DNA of 64,000 nucleotides from Thermoanaerobaculia bacterium (GTDB taxonomy: Bacteria; Acidobacteriota; Thermoanaerobaculia; Multivoradales; Multivoraceae), in contig OY761158.1 in the NCBI GenBank assembly GCA_963664405.1, positions 2,720,001-2,784,000 of the forward strand. The letters are read 5' to 3'. Within the stretch, counting starts at the first letter, position 1, and every line of letters starts with the position of its first letter. The notes below the pieces were generated by a model that was not told the DNA's origin, searched no databases, and was given only the letters and a program-made list of their open reading frames with translations. The position numbers and the translations under genes were made by a program. Positions 57,639-64,000 of this stretch are shown piece by piece.

Positions 57639-58874
57639 TCAGGCAGCGCTGGCCGCCTGCATCACCTCGAGGCTGAGCAGGTTGTCCACCTCTTCATTCA
57701 TGGCGCGACTGAGCTCCAGGAGATGGCCTCTGACCTCCTCCAAGCTCCAATCAAAGGCGGCGACCTGATCGCTGAGACCGATGAAGTCGGTCGACAGCCG
57801 ATCTCGTATCCGTCCATAGGCTGCCAGGGCGTCCTCCTCTCGAGACCAACCGCTCAGGGTACTTGTGATCGCCTGGGCGAGGAACTCCGAGTCGCGTAGA
57901 GCGTCGGTCATGCCGTGGGCGCTCAGGGGATCTTTGAAGTGGCTGGCATCGCCGACCAGTGCCCACCCCGGTCCGAAAGGCTGGCGCCAGAAGCCTGGCG
58001 CACCTGGGAAGCCACGAAACTTCGACTCGCGCGATGTTGTGCCTTGCATTCGTGCATGGGCCTCGGGAGCGGCTTCCTCGAGCACTCGATAGAACGAGCC
58101 CTCGAGGTCGGAGCGCATTTCGCTCATGAAGCGCCGTTCAGGAACACCAGCCCACACACAGGTCTCGCCGTTGTTGGTCGGAATGAGCCCGGCGGTAGCG
58201 TTCTCTTGGTAGAACCACTCATAGCCGTCGGCAGGCAATCCGGAGAAGTAGGCGTAGACCACACCGGTGCTGTGCTCGCCGGTCCAGAGTTTCTCGGCCC
58301 CGACTGCCGTCGCAACAGTCGAGCGGATGCCGTCGGCACCGACGGTGATTCTGGCTCTGGCCTCGAAGCGATCGCCGTCGCCGTCTCGCGCGACGATGCC
58401 GTGAACCCGTCCGCTGCTGTCTCGGATGACATCGTCGACCGAGACGCCAAAGCGAGCCTCGACCCCTGACGCCTCGGCGGCATCGACCAGAATCGAATCG
58501 AGAACGGTCCTGCGCGGTGCGTAGAGGGCGTCGACGCCGAACTTGGGCTTCATCGGGATGGTGTCGAAGTGATCGCCGTAGTGGATGACCGTCTGTCTCA
58601 CCGCCGGTGTGCCGGCCTCGATCACCTTGTCGAGCACGCCCCAGCGGTGCAGCTGCAGAACGCCGGCCCGCATCAACGCGTGGGTGGAGAGGGTGTCGGT
58701 GCCGGGTCGACGCCGGTCGACCATGAGTACGCGATGGCCCTTGCGGGCGAGCTGCATCGCCGTTGCCGCTCCCGCGACTCTGGCGCCGACGACGATCACA
58801 TCGTGGGTACCGTCCAATTTCGGTTTTTGTTCAGTCATGGGTGCTCCTGCTGGGGGGTCCGCCACTGTTTTCAT
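57639..58874 (-). CDS. FAD-dependent oxidoreductase (geranylgeranyl reductase/monooxygenase-like)
   Basis: VVGARVAG, VGADGIRS, GWALVGDA..FKDPLSAHG. Confidence 0.88.
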   Translation of the reverse strand: MKTVADPPAGAPMTEQKPKLDGTHDVIVVGARVAGAATAMQLARKGHRVLMVDRRRPGTDTLSTHALMRAGVLQLHRWGVLDKVIEAGTPAVRQTVIHYGDHFDTIPMKPKFGVDALYAPRRTVLDSILVDAAEASGVEARFGVSVDDVIRDSSGRVHGIVARDGDGDRFEARARITVGADGIRSTVATAVGAEKLWTGEHSTGVVYAYFSGLPADGYEWFYQENATAGLIPTNNGETCVWAGVPERRFMSEMRSDLEGSFYRVLEEAAPEAHARMQGTTSRESKFRGFPGAPGFWRQPFGPGWALVGDASHFKDPLSAHGMTDALRDSEFLAQAITSTLSGWSREEDALAAYGRIRDRLSTDFIGLSDQVAAFDWSLEEVRGHLLELSRAMNEEVDNLLSLEVMQAASAA

Positions 58875-58928
58875 CGTGCCTACTTCTTACTCAGGGGAAG
58901 AGGTGGCAAGGTTACATGTCGCATTCGC

Positions 58929-59651
58929 TTAGGCGGCCCGCTGGTAGGCGCTCCTCTCGCGGCGGGCGCGCAGCGACGCCTCATCGCAGATCTGGACGAA
59001 GAGCACATTCTGGCCGTTGCTTCCGCCCAGAGATGAGACTCCGTCAACGGCTCTCCTCAGCAACTGAGCCGCGACTTGATAGTCACCGCTCGCGAAAGAG
59101 CGCAGTGCCCATGCCACGGGCAGCAGAGCCCGGCACCGCTCGTCGGCGACAGAGGAGATGTAACCATCCAGCCACTCATCCAAGATCGCCAGATCCCGGG
59201 CGCCGGCCAGGGCCAACACGTTGTGGAGCTCGACGTAGGGATCGCCTTCCGGGCTGTGTCGCGCCATCGCGGCACCGCGGACGGCACTCCAGTCGATGTC
59301 GATCGCTCCGGTACCCGAGAGGAGGAAGCGCCACAACAACGAAGGGCCATCGGTCAGTGCTTCGTTCGAAGAGACAGCCGGGAGGATGGAGTGCTCGAAA
59401 CGGTCGAAGGCGTCACCCAGGCGGCCGGTCGAGAGCTCAAAAACGGCCATGTGCCACTGTAGATGGACCCAGTCGCTGCCGCTACCGGTGTGCTGCTGCA
59501 GCCAGTCGCCGAGGAAGCGGTAGCCCTCTTCGAAACGCCCTGAGTCGAGGAGCTCGTGGCTCGCAACGTGAGTAGCTCCCGCGTCTCCGGTGTTAAAGGC
59601 GGCGAAGCCGCTGATGTCCCGATAGGTTTCGTGAGTGGTTGTGCTCTGCAT
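58929..59651 (-). CDS. Helical-repeat hypothetical protein (TTC38-like C-terminal half)
   Basis: 'H..SH', 'HLQWHMAVFEL', 'D.PSLLWR', 'GGSNGQ' motifs resemble TTC38-like TPR proteins. Confidence 0.6.
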   Translation of the reverse strand: MQSTTTHETYRDISGFAAFNTGDAGATHVASHELLDSGRFEEGYRFLGDWLQQHTGSGSDWVHLQWHMAVFELSTGRLGDAFDRFEHSILPAVSSNEALTDGPSLLWRFLLSGTGAIDIDWSAVRGAAMARHSPEGDPYVELHNVLALAGARDLAILDEWLDGYISSVADERCRALLPVAWALRSFASGDYQVAAQLLRRAVDGVSSLGGSNGQNVLFVQICDEASLRARRERSAYQRAA

Positions 59652-59765
59652 CTCGTTCCTCCGTTCTTGGCCTCGTCAAGAGGTTCTTAGGGGAATCGAG
59701 GACGAGGTTACTCATCTTGGACCTCTGACGAGGAACGCCAATGCCGACCCCGCTTCAACTCGCCG

Positions 59766-61970
59766 CTAGGGAGTTGAGCCGGCCGTGGCTTCGGAGAGCC
59801 AGTTCTCGGCAAGGGAGAGCCGCGCCGGCTCCGTTTCTGAAAGAAGCAGGACCCGTTGACCGTCAGGCGCGAAGGACCAATCGCGCCCGGTCGTGCGGGT
59901 GTATCGATCCGGCGCGACTTCGATCGGACTACCGACCCGAAGCTCCGGGGTGAGCTCGACGTCGACCCTGAAGATTGTGCCTTCGCCTCGATAGAGGATC
60001 ACATCTCCTCTCGGCGACCAGAGAAGATCGACAACAACCCCCTGGGAGATCGGCACTCGACCCGCTGAGCCGTCGACCTTCGATAGGTAGGCCTGGAAGG
60101 CGCCTGACTCGTTGGACATGAAGACGTAAGAGCTGCCGTCGGGCGAGAAATCCGCATTGCCCGCCAAGAACGGGGTTTGGTGCAGCGGGCGGGCCTCGCC
60201 GCCGTCGGTCGGCACCAGCCAGACTCCTCCTGCATGGTTGGTGATGACGTAGGCGCCGTCGGCCGTCGCCGCGACCGGGCGACCATGGTCGAGGTCACCC
60301 ACCATTTCGGCGTCGCCGGCGCCGTCGGCCCTTCTTCGATAGAGAGTTCTGGTGCCTTGCCTCTCGGACCAGAAGACGAGGCTGCGGTCCTTCTCTATCC
60401 ATACTGGTGACTCGTTGACTCCGGTAAAGGTCAAGCGAGTCTTTCGCTGGTCGTGGAGGTCGAAGATCCAGATGTCGGCCCACTCGCCCGGCGAGGTCAT
60501 CGAGACCGCGAGGCGGTCACCCGCGGATGAGAGTGCGGGTGCGCTGTAGTGGCCGGCGGGGATTCCGACCTCGGTTTCCCCGCCCTCGAGGTCAAGCCAC
60601 ACCGGGCGATTCTGTGCCGGCGTAGCCTGTACCAGTAGACCGTCATCCGCGATCGCGATTTGACGTAGACCCCAGGGTCCGGTCGCCTCGATCTCAGCCG
60701 GCGGCCGAGGAGGTCCGAGGATGTGTCCTCTCTCAGCATCGAAGGGAGCGAGGAGAGGCCGACTCCCTTGGAAGAAGAGAATGTGGCCGCTCGGCAGGTA
60801 GCGAGCGTACGTGCCGTCGGCGAGTACGCGGACCGATCCGTCATCGCGGGACAGGAGGCCGACACGAGCCAGCTCGTCGCTCCCTCCCCAGATCGTGAAG
60901 ATGACCCACCGCGAACCGGGAAGCACTTGCGGCCAGCGATGACTCTCTTCCTCCTCGCCGGATCCGGCATCGTGAGAACCTCGGGGTCACCGCCCGTAGC
61001 CTCGATCTGCGATAGGCCGTTTCCTCCTGTCTGGCTGTGGAAGACGATGAAGCCATCGTCTCCCCAGGAACCTCCCCAGTTGCGGACTAGATCCTCGGCA
61101 AGGACGGTCACTGGACCGCCGCCGATCGAGGCAACCTTCAAGTCATTGTCGCTCCGGGCGAAGAAGCCGACGCGAGACCCATCGGGAGAGAAGAAGGGAA
61201 ACTCACCCCGCTCGGTGCCGGGGATGGGCTCTGATGTGTCGCGATCGAGGCGCCTCAGTTGCAGAGCGCGCAGAGCGTCGATTGGGGCGACGGCGACCAT
61301 GCGCCCGTCGCGTGAAAGAGCGAACGAGTGCACCCCACCCGCCGCCTCGGGCAGCGGAAGCACGAAACGCCGCACCGTAGCTCGACTCGACTCGACCACC
61401 TCGGCTCCTCGGGGCCAGAGGCCGGCTGTCAGCAATCCTGAGATCAGCCCCGCGGCGACCCATGCCACGCGAGAGGCTGCGATGCGGGCTCGGGCAGGCC
61501 GTCGAGGCAGAGGAGGAGCGGTCCCGGCTTCATCGACATTCCCAGCCAGCATTTCCTCGATCTCGAAGGCGGCATCGCCGATATCGCGCATGCGACGATG
61601 GACGTCTTTCTCGAGGCAGCGGCGAAGCAGACGAACGACTGGCGGTGGAACATCGCTCGGAACGAGTTGCCACTCGGGCTCCTCCTTGAGGAGGTTGGCG
61701 AGCGTTTCAGAGATCGAGTCCCCTCCGAATGGAGGTCGGCCGACGAGGGCCTCGAAGAGGCAACAGCCGAATGCCCAAATGTCGCTTCGTTTGTCTACCC
61801 TGCGGCCCGTGGCCTGCTCCGGGCTCATATAGCCCGCGGTACCGAGGATCATGCCGGGCCGGGTCAGCTCATGCGCCAGGGTCGGTGATTGAGTGAGTGG
61901 CGAGCTGCTCGAATTACTCTTTTCCGCCAAACCTCTGGAGAGGCCGAAATCGAGGAGCTTCGCGGTCCGC
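59766..61970 (-). pseudogene. Second Ser/Thr kinase + TolB-like propeller; N-lobe deleted and frameshifted near 60950
   Basis: Starts abruptly at 'AKLLDFG'; frame switch PDPAR / EESHRWPQVLPG. Confidence 0.88.
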
Positions 61971-61972
61971 CC

Positions 61973-62507
61973 GATGTTCGAGATCTCGACTCCGGGCATT
62001 ATCGCCGGCAGGTGGGAATGGTGCTGCAGGATCCTTACCTCTTTCATGGTGCTGTGGCCGACAATATTCGCTACGGAAACGCCGAGCGATGTCGTTGAAG
62101 CGGCCAAGGCCGCGAACGCCCACGACTTCATCTGCGAGCTGGAGCACGGTTACGACACCGTTGTCGGAGAGCGGGGTCACACCCTCTCGGGCGGCGAGCG
62201 GCAGCGTGTCTCGATCGCTCGAGCGATTCTCAGCGATCCTCGAATTCTCATTCTCGACGAAGCGACCTCCAGCGTCGACACGGAGACTGAGCGCAATATT
62301 CAGGAGGCGCTGGAGCGACTGACCGTGGGGCGTACCGTGATCGCTATCGCTCATCGTCTTTCGACCCTGCGGAGGGCGGATCGCCTCTTCGTTCTGGAGG
62401 ACGGTAAGGCCTCGGAGATGGGCACTCACGAGGAGCTGTTGGCAAATCCGGTAAGTACCTATCGACGGCTCTATGAAATGCAGCTGGAGCTGTCCCACGC
62501 CGTCTAG
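61973..62507 (+). pseudogene. ABC transporter ATP-binding C-terminal fragment (frameshift near 62080)
   Basis: '[15 protein letters not shown]' / 'LSGGERQR', '[10 protein letters not shown]', 'IAHRLST'. Walker A and TMD missing. Confidence 0.88.
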
Positions 62508-62544
62508 GCGTTGACTGGATGCGGTGAATCAAGGGGGAGAAGTT

Positions 62545-63087
62545 ATGACCATACCTACAAAGACAGAGAGCACGCGAGTCGAAGACAGGCCTGTGCAGAC
62601 GGAGCCTGTCGAGGACCGTGCCTCCCAGCGCCTACGATTCGAGCAGCGGCAGGACGGCCAGCTGTGGGCCCTGCGCGGGGACGAGGCGAAGGCGGTTGTG
62701 GTAATGCGCTGCTTTCCGTGGTCGGAGCCGACCCGCTTTATCTCGCTTCGAGACGAGGACGAGAAAGAGCTCGCGCTTGTCGAGGATCCGAGCGAGCTCG
62801 ACCCGGGGTCTCGCGAGGCCCTGGAGCAGAGCTTGGCGACAGCCGGCTTCGTGCTCGAGATCGAGCACATCTTCAAATGTGAAGACGAGGTCGAGATTCG
62901 CAACTGGGAAGTGCTCACCTGTAACGGTCGTCGTCGCTTCCAGACGCGACTTGATGACTGGCCCCGCGAGCTTCCCGGAGGGGGTCTGTTGATCCGGGAC
63001 GTTGCCGGCGACCTGTTCCAGGTTCGGGAGCCGGAGCGGCTCGACAAGAAAAGCCGGGCCGTGCTGTGGGCGTTCTTGGACGACTAG
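62545..63087 (+). CDS. DUF1854 domain-containing protein
   Basis: 'RCFPWSEP..FISL', 'WEV.T..G', 'LLIRD..G' and position after an ABC transporter. Confidence 0.75.
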   Translation: MTIPTKTESTRVEDRPVQTEPVEDRASQRLRFEQRQDGQLWALRGDEAKAVVVMRCFPWSEPTRFISLRDEDEKELALVEDPSELDPGSREALEQSLATAGFVLEIEHIFKCEDEVEIRNWEVLTCNGRRRFQTRLDDWPRELPGGGLLIRDVAGDLFQVREPERLDKKSRAVLWAFLDD

Positions 63088-63143
63088 ACCAGCGTTTCCA
63101 AAGTTCGAGATATGTGCGCGAACTTTGGAAACGCTGGTCTAGT
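63083..63143. repeat. 25-bp perfect inverted repeat flanked by CTAG (MITE/REP-like; may act as a bidirectional terminator)
   Basis: ACTAGACCAGCGTTTCCAAAGTTCG (63083-63107) / CGAACTTTGGAAACGCTGGTCTAGT (63119-63143), between convergent genes. Confidence 0.9.
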
Positions 63144-63177
63144 ATTACGGTCCACTAAACGATAACCCTGTGTCAGT

Positions 63178-64000
63178 TTAGGGGCAGGTGGCGAACGCGT
63201 CGGTGTCCTGAATCGGGACGAAAGCTCTTCCTAACGGGTTGGTGTAGGTCAGGATCATGCCTTCCTGGGTATCGGTGACCTCGATCTCGACCTCTACGTT
63301 GGTCAGACCGGCGGCAAAGACCCAGAAGTGGTTGAAGGTGGTATTGCAGGCGTCGAGCACCTTGACCACGATCTCGACGTTCTCGGCCTGGAAGAAGGAG
63401 TAGAAGCCGGTGTCGTCGGTCAGGGCTTGGGCGGCGCCGGTGCCGCTGTCCTGACTCGTTACGAAGCTCGACCTCACTCGAAACCGGTCTCCGTTGAGAC
63501 AGAGGGTACTGGCGTCTTCGACACAGACGCTGGGAGCTTCGAAGCTTACGGCTGGGTCGTTGGGGTCCGGCGGCGGCTCGGGCTCGGGCTCTGGCTCGGG
63601 CTCTGGGTCCGGGTCCGGGTCCGGTTCGGGGTCCGGCTCGGGCTCCCCCAGGACCTCCTTGATGAGCTCTCCATCTTCCTGGCTGACCATGACGGAGGGT
63701 ATGGTGATCGAAGGGTCCGTCCCGGCCATGGGGACCGGCGCGCCCGATTGATTGTTGACGACGAGGACTCCGACAGCGCCCGCGTTCTGGGCGTTCTTGA
63801 CCTTGACGGTGAAGTCGCAGGCGCCTCGATCCACTACTGCGATGGCACCGTTCAATTCACCGGAGTTGGTGAGCACGTTGCAGCCCTCACCGGGTGCCGC
63901 GCTTGCGTCGCTGACCGCAGTTAGATTTGCTTCGACGCCGCCCAGGGTCAAGCTCGGACCAAACTGCGCGGTCGTTACTTCGTACTTGCCGGCGATACTC
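63178..64000 (-). CDS. Secreted protein (partial): PA domain, Pro-Glu/Asp linker, Thermoanaerobaculia-type C-terminal domain
   Basis: PA motif 'IAVVDRGAC.F.VKVKNAQNAGA'; (PE/PD)n linker; tail 'LCLNGDRF...VKVLDAC..FWVFAAGLTNVEV...DTDAFATCP'. The ORF runs off the window end. Confidence 0.85.
   Translation of the reverse strand, partial: SIAGKYEVTTAQFGPSLTLGGVEANLTAVSDASAAPGEGCNVLTNSGELNGAIAVVDRGACDFTVKVKNAQNAGAVGVLVVNNQSGAPVPMAGTDPSITIPSVMVSQEDGELIKEVLGEPEPDPEPDPDPDPEPEPEPEPEPPPDPNDPAVSFEAPSVCVEDASTLCLNGDRFRVRSSFVTSQDSGTGAAQALTDDTGFYSFFQAENVEIVVKVLDACNTTFNHFWVFAAGLTNVEVEIEVTDTQEGMILTYTNPLGRAFVPIQDTDAFATCP

Noticed and set aside
63565-63645. Hexanucleotide tandem repeat
   Set aside because: It encodes a Pro-Glu/Pro-Asp linker within a CDS.

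Overview
GC-rich bacterial window, most likely an Acidobacteriota (Thermoanaerobaculia-like) genome. This is inferred from the C-terminal 'LCL..DRF..FWVFAAGLTNVEV..YTNP.G..F.PI.DT.AF' domain and the kinase/TolB-propeller proteins. 1-13.2 kb is a decayed island: an IS5/IS903 remnant, tRNA-like att fragments, a truncated K+ channel, an AGOG-like glycosylase candidate next to a PD-(D/E)xK-like nuclease, an ISAzo13 element splitting a GAF/PAS regulator, tandem IS6 copies and a vapBC45-like TA pair. 13.4-33.3 kb is one contiguous pfaD-pfaA-pfaBC-oleABCD-PPTase operon (PUFA synthase coupled to head-to-head olefin biosynthesis). 33.3-42.9 kb is a second island: three TA loci with broken toxins, and a serine resolvase facing two tandem cassette-like units (Ser/Thr kinase; arylsulfatase) that each begin with the same res-like palindrome plus a ~97%-identical 122-bp element. 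A Tn3-derived miniature element follows. 43-64 kb is mostly metabolic, but hides an operon the ORF track splits: two consecutive in-frame-UGA selenoproteins (GrdB/PrdB-like UxxC and AhpD-like CxxU, each with a SECIS-like hairpin), followed by a MoaD/ThiS-beta-propeller fusion and a DUF3179 CxxC protein. All family assignments come from motif recognition by eye; no database search was run.
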